Shown piece by piece: positions 24,742 through 33,987 of a DNA stretch of 33,987 bases. Position 1 is the first letter of the stretch, and each line of letters begins with the position of its first letter. The DNA lies in assembly GCA_049724395.1 (NCBI GenBank), contig JAUGWO010000070.1, positions 186,001 to 219,987 of the forward strand. Direction: 5' to 3'. Both the position numbers and the translations under genes were made by a program. The stretch is from Spongospora subterranea f. sp. subterranea (taxonomy: Eukaryota). The notes under the pieces were generated by a model. The model was not told where the DNA came from. It made no database searches and saw nothing but the letters and a program-made list of their open reading frames with translations.

Positions 24742-24835
24742 GATGACCATGTGTACCAAGTACAGGTACTCTTGTTTAAACGACTAAAGGACCGAGGATT
24801 TTCCAATCAATATTTCGATAAGGACCCGAGAATGA

Positions 24836-24905
24836 TGGCCTTGTGCCATCTTAGTACCTTTTGGGTCAGTTGGTAACTGTGTATCTCGGGCGCAGTTCCC
24901 TAACA
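24836..24905 (-). mobile_element. 5' portion of the gypsy A LTR
   Basis: Starts TGTTAGGG at 24905 (minus), a perfect 8-bp inverted match to the LTR end CCCTAACA next to gag. Confidence 0.7.
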
Positions 24906-25136
24906 GAACAAATGTGGGCTGAGTGTGTGCATATTGCGGGCAAGATGGCGACGGTCAACAGAGTTGTACGCGTTCTGGAGGTCTAGGAGAATGTAGCTTC
25001 CGTCTTGTGCAATGTCACCGTAGACTTGCTGATGGGTTTGCCATACGATTGGCTCGACACCACCTGGAGTACCCACGCCCAGTTGAAAAGGCAGAACATC
25101 ACCTTCCAGACGAGCACGACGAGCAAGGGCTTTGGG
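24906..25136 (-). mobile_element. Reverse-transcriptase fragment of a CRE/R2-type non-LTR retrotransposon
   Basis: PFQLGVGTPGGVEPIV..YILLDLQNAYNSVDRRHL matches the QxGVG..GG.E and LDxxNAFNS motifs of early-branching non-LTR RTs. Confidence 0.75.
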
Positions 25137-25207
25137 GCTACATTCTCCTAGACCTCCAGAACGCGTACAACTCTGTTGACCATCAATGTGCACACATTCA
25201 GCCCACA

Positions 25208-25340
25208 TGTTAGGGAACTGCGCCCGAGATACACAGTTACCTGTTAGGAACTGCGCCCGAGATACACAGTTACCTGTTAGGAACTGCGCCCGAGATACAC
25301 AGTTACCTGTTAGGAACTGCGCCCGAGATACACAGTTACC
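25208..25340 (+). repeat. Four tandem copies of a 33-34-bp unit equal to the first bases of the LTR
   Basis: TGTTAGG(G)AACTGCGCCCGAGATACACAGTTACC at 25208, 25242, 25275 and 25308, with no spacers. Confidence 0.95.
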
Positions 25341-25639
25341 CAACTGACCCAAAAGGTACTATGATGGCACAAGGCCACAGTATCCCCCTGTTTAGGAGTA
25401 GACCACCTTGACCTCCAGCCCCCGTGCGACTTCCTCAACTCTGACAGGTGAACAAAGAGAAGAGAGACGAACAAAGAGGAGAGAGACGAAGAAAGAGAGA
25501 GAGAGAGACGAAGAACTCCAGTCAGGCGGGGAAGTCAGCCCACGAAAGGGTTATAAGGCAACCCCCATGCCGGTTACATGTAAGCCGTAGCGACCCGAAA
25601 AATGCTGTGGACATTAGAGGAATTGAACACGCGACCTGA

Positions 25640-26868
25640 GAACCACTTGGTTATATAGCTCATCAGTTAGGTTGACGGCTGTAATAGTCGAATTGTTTGA
25701 GTCGTCGGCTGGAATAGTCGAACAGTTTGAGTCGTACTGCATCAACATTTCCAATGGCTTTGGTAATTAAGTCCTGTCCCTTGGTACACATGGTAAAGAC
25801 GATTTCGAACCGCTTAAACCAATCTATGAGTCCATGAACTGTGACATAATGATCGCCTGATTCAATTCGATGAATTGACTTAGATCGTCTTTTAGCACCA
25901 GGACGTACTCGAAAGAATGTGAATGAAAGAATGTGAATGGTTTTTCGGTACTTTTCCTATGAATAAACAATCGTAGTGAATGACCCGGTTAGGTCTGGAT
26001 GCATGGATTGCATGGCCAAAGGGTGTTGGAACAACTTTCCCACGTTGGCGAACACAGTGAATACAGCGCTCAACTACGCTTCAAACTAATTCCTTCATGT
26101 CTTTCAACCAGAAAATTGATTCGATAAATTTGAGTGCTGGCTCTTTAGCTTGATGACATGATAGGCCGCTGTGTGCAATGATGGCAATTCGGAGATGGAG
26201 ATTGGAATCTGAGTTAGTTGACTAATGGTTTCCAACGGCGGGGCCATATCATCGAACCGTCCCACAGCACCGATTGAATCTCGGAAATAAGGCACGTTGA
26301 ACATATTTGGAGCAGATTGTTGCAACTTCTACACGTAACGATGGCCGTATGACCAGGGAGTATAAGCGGTGGTGAAATGATGGTTGATGTGCAGCCTTGA
26401 GCATAAATCGGAACGCCACTTGGTTCTTAAAGTGTGTCCCTTGGTCGACACACGGGTAAAGACGATTTCGAACCGCTTAAACCAATCTATGAGTCCATGA
26501 ACTGTGACATAATGATCGCCTGATTCAATTCGATAAATTGACTTAGATCGTCTTTTAGCACCAGGACGTACTCGAAAGAATGTGAATGGTTTTTCGGTAC
26601 TTTTCCTATGAATAAACAATCGTAGTGAATGACCTGGTTAGGTCTGGATGCATGGATTGCATGGCCAAAGGGTGTTGGAACAACTTTCCCACGTTGGCGA
26701 ACACAGTGAATACAGCGCTCAACTGCGCTTCAAACTACTTCCTTCATGTCTTTCAACCAGAAAATTGATTCGATAAACTTGAGTGCTGGCTCTTTAGCTT
26801 GATGACATGATAGGCCGCTGTGTGCAATGATGATGCAATTCGGAGATGGAGATTGGAATCTGTGTTAG
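25640..26868 (-). mobile_element. Decayed gypsy family B integrase with a ~420-bp direct duplication (about 25795-26217 and 26455-26868)
   Basis: HHCC zinc domain IAHSGLSCH..FW..CIHC; IHASRPNRVIHYD..YVLVLKDDLS; DWFKRF..HHFTTAYTPWS; post-integrase HVYQ..DLITK..RLKLFD..NLTDEL. Confidence 0.85.
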
Positions 26869-26913
26869 GACAACCGAAGAGGTGTTGGGTTATTCAAACA
26901 GCACTCGTTTGTT

Positions 26914-27115
26914 GCAGGTTCGGGCTTCGAGCGTGTTCGCCGACACACGAACGCCGTCATTGCTCAGATTTCGGCACCATCACTGGCAGGAAATGCCCAT
27001 CGTTCTCACTGAACTTACAAAACCAATGAGTAAAATTACCTGTCCCGCCAGTTCCGGTCTCTTAGTTTTCGGGAAGTGGTTGAGGTTGTGGCCGTGATTA
27101 GGCGAAAACGGGAGT
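26914..27115 (-). repeat. Duplicated segment Y, second copy
   Basis: Homologous to 17545-17705. Confidence 0.7.
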
Positions 27116-28299
27116 TTCAATCTTCGTGTTTATGAGAATTGCCATATCATTATATCTCTTGCGGGACTTTAGGTATTTGTAAACGGCCTTCATAACGACA
27201 AGTATTACAGGGAATTACACTGATCACCTCAGGAGTGACTCTGCTGTTCGCGAACCTGGACCATATTTAATGTCCCTGTATTGTGGCGACGACGACTGCC
27301 GTAAGTTCTCAGTTGATCAAGCCGTCTTTCAAACCGGACTCGTTCAGAATTGGAGTTCCTGCTGCAGTGATGTTACCTCAAGGAAACATGGCTTCCTGTC
27401 AGGAGAGAGTTATTACCGCTTGGACTAAAGGATCTGCATTTTGGTTTCCCAACTTCTCGAGAAAAGGTATGCACTCAAACAGACACGATGGCTGGTCCAT
27501 CGCTCAAAAGTCTCCACACGTTGTTTAGCAGTACATCATCATCCCCACTTAGATTTCCCATCGAGTATGACAAATCCAATGCGCTGCTGACGCCATCAAA
27601 TCCCGTTTTGGGGGAATGTCGCTATGTCGACGAGAGCAATTCACAGTTTGCGCTGCGCAAAGCCATAAGGAATAAGAGAAGGCCACAAAGCTATGCTGGC
27701 GACGACGCTCCAATGTTTTAATTTCAGACTAATGCTAATCAGAGCTTTCAATGACGTCGGAACGTATACGACAAAGTCATCTGTGCTAAGCCCGAGATTT
27801 TCACGTCAGTGAGCATTCCTGTTGGAGTTTCTCCAGCAAGATTCTCCACATCTGTTGCCTTGCTCATGGTCGAACATAGATGCATCTTAGCCGTTGAGAC
27901 CTCATCAGTAGCGCCACCACAGCGAATCGCCACGACGGGTGTGAACATGCAGTCAGGGATACGACGAGATACAAACTTCATTTGAAAGTTCGGAACAGAG
28001 ACTCTCAAGGACGACCTCAATTTCAGTTCCGTTCCTGTGGTCATGGGAATCTGTTTGCGCTGAGAGATCCTTCTGGTTTCGAGGGTTCAGGATCGTCGAC
28101 TCGATCGCGAATTTCAGTCGAAGACAGACGATGTCCAGCGATGAAGGCTTGCCGGCCAGGTGAACTTGGGCATTCATATGCTGGATCGGGCTAATCTGTC
28201 ATTTATTTCATTGCAATTGTGGTCTCACACTAAACATGCACTATCGAATATTATATTATGTCGATTCCATTTTATTTTTGCGAAACAATAAATCTATGA

Positions 28300-28880
28300 A
28301 CAAGCGTCGCCAGGTTCGAAACGGGTTTTCATTTCTAGGTTGGTCTTCCCATTGTTTCTCTCTATACCTGTTGTGTTTTCTTGCTCATGAGTTGGAAGGC
28401 CACAACGACATAATGATTGATATGGCGTTAAACATGGTCAGTTCACAGGGTTTGATTGCTGTGTGAGCACCAGAATAACAATCAGGTCACCGTCTGACAA
28501 GTCTTCAAATGTTTCGGAATGTTGACCATAATCGTGCTGTAAAAGTCGGAGATGACGTCAAACTGGATTATGGGAATTGTTGAGCGGTATCTGACGTATA
28601 TGCGATCTATGTCATATCGTGTTTTGAAATGACCAAGATCAAATTGATCCCGACCAACGTGTTCGAACGAGAGTTGTTTTGATTGGTGAATAAGGTCCAC
28701 ATTAGTTCGGTGGGGATCCCATTCCAGGACCTATTGAGAAATGAGAGGATGAGAGGAATTGTACAACCTGGGGAAGGAGCACGAGCAAATGGGTTAACGC
28801 CATATGTCCAGGGGATTGATTGAGAAAAAAATTTTATCAGACGAATGCTGTCGATCAAGCTGCCTCTTCTGGAATGAATT
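28300..28880 (-). pseudogene. Degenerate companion gene X downstream of BTB copy 2
   Basis: ATGGCGTTAACCCATTTGCTC start (MALTHLL) shared with the copy at 32250-32750; in-frame stops; homologous to 17760-18240. Confidence 0.65.
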
Positions 28881-28921
28881 AATGATTTATTTGGCGATTG
28901 GTGTTCAAGAAAAGAGCAGCA

Positions 28922-29854
28922 TTACCAAACGGCCTTACGGCAACTAGGGCAATTATTGGGAATGGTGTACATTTGATTTACCAAAACTTGGAACAATTCT
29001 AGATGCGAATCGTCTGGGCCAGATTCAAGACTAACTACAATGCGTCTTGTGCGTTCACCAATTTGGCGAATAATCGACCACGTTGTCCAGGATTTCGATA
29101 GAATGTGACATCCTTTGATAAGGCATTCCAGACTATCCCTCTGAGTAATAATGATGTCACCGTTCTCTGGGATATTGTGAATATCTGGGCTCACTTGACT
29201 GCAATATTTCAATAGGACTTCGTGTCTGGTTAATGGGTCGAATTTCGTGAGCGCCAATAGATCCAAAAATTCCTCAATCTCCATCTTGACTAGTATATGT
29301 TTATAGACGTCGAACAGATTTGGATTTGCCCCAACATATTGAAGTATTTGTTCTCTCAAATCAGAGAGGTTATATTTACGACAAAACACTAACAAATCCG
29401 GAACATTCGATAGATCCATTTCGATCCGCTTTACTAGGTCAAGCTCGCAACGCCCTTTGACTTTATCGCTCATCATGTAATTGGCGATTATTAACACTGA
29501 GAACACGTCTTGAGCAGACCGATATTCCGACGGGTGCACTAGACCGTAAACTGTTCGAAGGAACAGGTCGAACAAGCGAAACAGGCGATTGGCCTCAAAA
29601 GGTGGAAGTGGCACAGTCCACAAGTTCACTGGTACTGTGAGATCCGGTAATACGATATCACATTGTGCTCGTGATCCCGATCCGTTATCGGTATCGTCCT
29701 GGGGCCATTTCACACATTGTTCAATCATCGCGCAGGTCGGCATCATCACCGCTTTGTGCACATAAAACTTGGACTCCGACAAACGAACAACTAAATCACT
29801 TGACGATTCGTTATAAAATAACGCCTCTAAAGCTGATCTCATGTCGGTCGCCAT
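28922..29854 (-). CDS. BTB/POZ-domain protein, copy 2 (intronless, 310 aa)
   Basis: Same motifs as copy 1; ends YTIPNNCPSCRKAVW. Confidence 0.85.
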   Translation of the reverse strand: MATDMRSALEALFYNESSSDLVVRLSESKFYVHKAVMMPTCAMIEQCVKWPQDDTDNGSGSRAQCDIVLPDLTVPVNLWTVPLPPFEANRLFRLFDLFLRTVYGLVHPSEYRSAQDVFSVLIIANYMMSDKVKGRCELDLVKRIEMDLSNVPDLLVFCRKYNLSDLREQILQYVGANPNLFDVYKHILVKMEIEEFLDLLALTKFDPLTRHEVLLKYCSQVSPDIHNIPENGDIIITQRDSLECLIKGCHILSKSWTTWSIIRQIGERTRRIVVSLESGPDDSHLELFQVLVNQMYTIPNNCPSCRKAVW

Positions 29855-30136
29855 CGAGACCAATGAACTGTCTGCGCTCATCTCGTTCAATTGGTATTTG
29901 TGCGTTCTGGAAGGAGGGCTGACATGCCCTACGCCATATTTATATAGTTCATGGCCGGTTCCAGGAGGCTCCGCCGCTCAAAACGGACCTTGGTCCAAAC
30001 TCAAAAAGGCTCTGGCGGAAGGTTTGGACCGAGGTTCTAAGGTACACTGATATCGGTAAAAAAAAGGCCCTAATTTTTCAATTTTCATATTCGAGATGTG
30101 AACTTGTGAAACCGTCAACTCTATTGACGCTGACGT

Positions 30137-31390
30137 TTAAAAAGAACGTTTGCACAGTTTCTTTTGTACGAATATCCGGCAATTCAACAGAGTATGAATC
30201 CGAGACTGACGATTTTCTAACCAATATACAGTGCAATCGAACATTGTTTGCTTGATTGTCGCTGAGTGGACTGATTCGATTAACCTAAACTTGGAATACC
30301 CTTTCTTGAACACAGCTAAAATGAGCCAATTCTTGCCCCCGTGCTTAATGACCCTTCCTCGTGAAATCAAATCGTCACTAGAAACTTCGTGGTGACGCAA
30401 CCGAGTATACCAGCGCCCTTGTAGTGATCGATGTTGTTGAAGATTCAACGACCGCGAAACACTGTTACTTGGCAAACATTTACTTGCCGCGACAGCGACG
30501 TTGAAGGAAGAATCAAATAGGTGCATCCTCTGCAATAAATCTGAAAACCCGATAATGGAATCGGCATCGAAGCTTTTTCATCAATTTCTTGATCAACAGC
30601 ATCAGGTTCATCGTCAATCTGAGCAGACATGTCTGGGAACTCGAAATCAGTTACATCAGAAGGCTGTTCCAACGCCCATGCAAGGCGCGACGAAAGTATT
30701 TCCATGATAATTGATTCATCATGTCGAATATGGTCGTTTAGAAGATCTGAGCTCGATTGTTCGGCAACTGAATCATATTTGATGGCCTTGGTCAATATGC
30801 AGCGGAAATGATCGAAGGAAACAATTTCCTGGCAGAATTTCGATTTCTGAAATGAGGCAACGCCAGCAGTGCGAAGTAAGTTAGACATACCAACCGACAC
30901 TTCATTGATTATCGGTCTAATATATTCGAAAAGACGGCTAGCCACATGATCACGAGGGTTTTCTGGCAGAGTTACTCCAGAATCGTCTGAATCTGGAATC
31001 ACGATTCCAGACCTGTACCGCTTCGGGGTATGCCCAGAAATGTTTTCGACAAATGCCGAAAGAGTGCTAAAATACCCTTTTCCATCGCGATTTTGAAAAC
31101 AATCCTTGTTCAGATTTGGCACTATTGTAAGAAAGTGTGCATACACGCAGAAAACCATACACCAATTGAATGATCTCGACGAGCCGGTTCCAATGAGCCA
31201 AAAATCGACTTCTAGACAGCTTTATTTCCAAAGATGTGTCGCTGAATGTTGAGAGTTGGCGTTTCGTGATGTGGTTGCAAGCGGATTTGTCAGAACAATG
31301 ACCCCGCGATGTTTTTGGACGTATTGCACTCTGTCCCCATTTCGAAATGGATTGTTCAAAAGGTTTAAGTTTATTAGCCGTAATTTCCAC
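30137..31390 (-). pseudogene. Frameshifted remnant of an uncharacterised, probably transposon-derived gene
   Basis: Three overlapping minus-strand ORFs (31067-31390, 30445-31158, 30137-30535) with protein-like composition that join by frameshifts; hairpin just beyond the 3' end. Confidence 0.45.
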
Positions 31391-31555
31391 GACTAAATCA
31401 GCCTGGGCCGTTTAAACAATCCGTTTTGAAATGGGGACAGAGTGCAATACGTCCAACAACGTCCCGGAGTCATTGTTCTGACAAATCTGCTTGCAACAAC
31501 ATCACGAAACGCCAACTTTCAACATTCAGCGACACATCTTCAAAAATTAAGCTGT
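31216..31555. repeat. Inverted repeat with 145-bp arms (31216-31360, 31411-31555) and a 50-bp loop
   Basis: Hand alignment gives 14 mismatches in 145 bp and no indels. Confidence 0.92.
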
Positions 31556-31895
31556 TTTTTTTTTCAGACCTTGAGGCGTCGATGTGGCAGACCCATATCG
31601 TATTCGGGCAAAGTATTCCAGGATTACCGACGATGACACCACGACGCCAGCCTTTCAACATTCTGAGATTGATAAAATTGTTCTCTTTTCTGGCCAAAAC
31701 TTCAAATACACCCCTGATAGATATTTGGAAGAATTTTTGGAAAAGCGAGAGCACAAAACCCATTAAGCTGAATGAATATTTATTCAGCCCGAAAACATAG
31801 AAAACCCACTCAAAAGGATAACTAACTTTTTGAAGCCCGATCAATAATCGTTAAGATGGCCGACAAAAATGCTGGCAAGCGTAGTATGTCTGTGA

Positions 31896-32123
31896 GATAA
31901 CGAAATTGCAGATGAAAACCAGGAGGGACAGGCTCTTGCTGTTGTTGGGGGGACCGATGGGATCGAACGGTGTTTGGTCGGGTTTCTTCCTCGTCAGTGC
32001 TTGCGCCATCGCGATCTGTACAGTTTTGAACTGGCTCAAGTCGTCGCAATGCTGACGCTTTCTGACAATCAAACTGGCTCGCATAAAAATGGAGGCGTGT
32101 GTCGAGCCATTCTCTTGAACTAA
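31896..32123 (+). pseudogene. C-terminal fragment of a small uncharacterised (HIRAN-like?) protein, probably TE-associated
   Basis: Open frame absent from the ORF track: ALAVVGGTDGIERCLVGFLPRQCLRHRDLYSFELAQVV..SHKNGGVCRAILLN*; resembles a DG..C.VGFLPR family I recall from stramenopiles. Confidence 0.4.
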
Positions 32124-32249
32124 TTCAAGCACTTTTATTAAGCTGAATCGACTGGAAAACAACCAAATTTATGGTGGCTCCAAGAGTTTCGAAGAAGCTG
32201 TACGGGTAAGCTCTTCAAAGATTCAGGATGCAACCAACTCGCGAGACCT

Positions 32250-32750
32250 GGTTGCATCGTCTTCCCATTGTTTCTCTCTATGCCTGTTGTGTTTTCATAA
32301 TCTTTTATGGAAATATAATTATTGATAATTATTCAATAGTTCTAAAAATATTAATTCTACTTTGTACTATTATTTTTTTTATAATTATTTTTGATTATAT
32401 TGAAAAAAATCAAAACCGAATCTTCAATTACAGCATCAAAATACGAAATGTCAACTATTACAACTGTTAAAGCAATGAAATATGATGATAATACAATATT
32501 CGACATCTCCCGCAAATACGGTCCACTGAGCATCAATCGAGAGTTTGAAGCCAATATCAAATTTGGATGGCTGTAATTTTTCAACAAAATTTGTGGAAAA
32601 ATGAGAGGATGACAAGAATTGTACAACCTGGAGAAGGAGCCCGAGCAAATGGGTTAACGCCATGTGTCCAGGCAACTTGTTGTGGTACTTTATGGAGAAA
32701 ACAAAATTTATCAGACGAATGTTGTCGGTCAAGCTCTATTTTCTCAATGA
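32250..32750 (-). pseudogene. Disrupted companion gene X downstream of BTB copy 3
   Basis: MALTHLLGLLLQ start and the aaaacacaacagg.atagagagaaacaatgggaagac 3' block are shared with 28300-28880; the middle is replaced. Confidence 0.6.
32297..32412 (+). other. Probable NUMT: mitochondrial nad2 fragment
   Basis: Abrupt, very AT-rich island translating FYGNIIIDNYSIVLKILILLCTIIFFIIIFDYIEKNQ, which resembles the Nad2/NuoN D..S...K.LIL...DY segment. Confidence 0.6.
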
Positions 32751-32805
32751 ATAATGATTTATTTGGCGATTGGTGTTCATGAAAGAGCAGTATTACCAAA
32801 TGAGA

Positions 32806-33702
32806 CTACGGTAATGGAACGGTGTACATTTGATCCACAAAAATTTGGAGCAATACTAGATGAGAATCGTCTGGGCCAGATTCAAGGTTAACTACAATGT
32901 CTCTTGTGCGGTCACCAATTCGGCGAATCATCTGCCACGTTGTCCAGGATTTCGATAGAATGTGATATCCTTCGATTAGGCATTCCAGACGATCCCGCTG
33001 AGTAATATTGATGTCAGCGCCCTCTGGGATATTGTGGATATCTGGGCTCACTTGACTGCAATATTTCAATAGGACTTCGTGTCTGGTTAATGGGTCGAAA
33101 ATCATGTGCTCCAATAAATCCAGAAAATCCTTAATCTCCATCTTGACTAGTATATGTTCATAGACGTCGAACAGATTTGGGTTTGTCCCAACATATTGAA
33201 GTATTTTTTCCCTCAAATCAGAGAGGTTATATTTACGACAGAACACTAACAAATGTGAAACATTCGACAGATCCATCACGATCCGCCTTATTAGGTCAAG
33301 CTCGCAACGCCCTTTGACTTTATCGCTCATCATGTAATTGGCGATTATCAGAACTGAGAACACGTCTTGAACAGACTGATATTCCGACGGGTGCACTAGA
33401 CCGTAAACTGTTCGAAGGAACAGGCCGAACAGGCGATTGGCTTCAAAAGGTGAAAGTTTCACAGAACCAAATGCCTCTGGTATTGTGAGATCCGGTAATA
33501 CGATATCACATTGTGCTCGTGATCCCGATCCGTTATCGGTATCGTCCTGGGGCCATTTCACACATTGTTCAATCATCGCGCAGGTCGGCATCATCACCGC
33601 TTTGTGCACGTAGAACTTGACCTCCGACAAACGAACCACTAAATCACTTGACGATTCGTTATGAAATAACGCCTCTAAAGCGGATCTCATGTCGGTCGCC
33701 AT
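32806..33702 (-). CDS. BTB/POZ-domain protein, copy 3 (intronless, 298 aa from MATDM; the frame is also open up to 33822)
   Basis: Closest to copy 2; the C-terminal CxxC tail is missing (ends YTVPLP). Confidence 0.85.
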   Translation of the reverse strand: MATDMRSALEALFHNESSSDLVVRLSEVKFYVHKAVMMPTCAMIEQCVKWPQDDTDNGSGSRAQCDIVLPDLTIPEAFGSVKLSPFEANRLFGLFLRTVYGLVHPSEYQSVQDVFSVLIIANYMMSDKVKGRCELDLIRRIVMDLSNVSHLLVFCRKYNLSDLREKILQYVGTNPNLFDVYEHILVKMEIKDFLDLLEHMIFDPLTRHEVLLKYCSQVSPDIHNIPEGADINITQRDRLECLIEGYHILSKSWTTWQMIRRIGDRTRDIVVNLESGPDDSHLVLLQIFVDQMYTVPLP

Positions 33703-33811
33703 CGAGACCAATAGAACTATGCGCTCATCTCGTTCAATTGGTGTTTGTGCGTTCTGGACTACGTATTGGATGTATTGCAAGTCATCGACAATATGGGTCG
33801 CCATCAGCTGG

Positions 33812-33822
33812 ACGTGACTCAT
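33812..33822. promoter_or_regulatory. Candidate bZIP site upstream of BTB copy 3
   Basis: ACGTGACTCAT about 110 bp upstream of the MATDM ATG; about 117 bp in copy 1. Confidence 0.45.
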
Positions 33823-33987
33823 ATCCTCGTGTGTATGTGAGAGACGGCCTCGGGCGTCGGCTTAAGTGATCGTAGCTTCAATACACCCTCCACTGATGCC
33901 CTCGGGTCGTTGCGGTTGGGTCGATTTTGATTGCGTGTCCAGCTTGTCGGTTGAACGTCGGGCGTACTCGTGACCTTGGTGACGATA

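Larger units (their letters stand above)
24836..25377. repeat. Fold-back inverted repeat (arms 24836-24997 and 25137-25377, 139-bp loop)
   Basis: The right arm is the reverse complement of the left, with small indels and a tandem expansion. Confidence 0.9.

Noticed and set aside
23977..24806. ORFs of 67-134 aa
   Set aside because: By-products of the tandem and inverted duplication of the gag start and LTR
25208..25340. 33-bp repeats next to an RT fragment as a CRISPR-like or RT-associated array
   Set aside because: Units are head-to-tail with no spacers, equal the LTR terminus, the RT is a 77-codon remnant, and there are no cas genes in this eukaryotic context
25450..25515. GA-rich tract as a regulatory element
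   Set aside because: Low-complexity sequence similar to LTR pyrimidine tracts; probably another LTR scrap, with boundaries I cannot define
25676..25938. Short direct duplications (30 bp near 25676-25735; 14 bp near 25911-25938)
   Set aside because: Ordinary slippage in decayed TE sequence, already covered by the mosaic finding
10229..33702. Ariadne, F-box and BTB genes as a functional ubiquitin gene cluster
   Set aside because: These families are abundant in eukaryotes and the BTB copies are local duplicates; co-location is plausibly chance

Overview
Eukaryotic nuclear DNA from a compact genome with short GT-AG introns (mostly about 50-75 nt). A zoosporic protist such as a plasmodiophorid is my guess, not something the sequence proves. 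The first 14.2 kb is gene-dense: an LRR-haemolysin-III/PAQR fusion, an ARM-like protein, a 5-finger C2H2 protein, a long coiled-coil protein, a TMEM249-like membrane protein, an Ariadne RBR E3 ligase and an F-box-like/2OG-Fe(II) prolyl-hydroxylase-like protein. From about 14.4 kb the window is an accessory, TE-rich zone. It holds three intact, intronless BTB-domain paralogues, each in a duplicated cassette whose companion genes have decayed, and a candidate secreted acidic protein. A 7-kb mosaic of two Ty3/gypsy families and a CRE-like non-LTR RT fragment has been scrambled into fold-back inverted repeats and tandem duplications. There are also degenerate transposon-like genes and a probable nad2 NUMT. 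No prokaryotic features, CRISPR arrays, tRNA or rRNA genes were seen. Family assignments come from motif recognition by eye; no database search was run.
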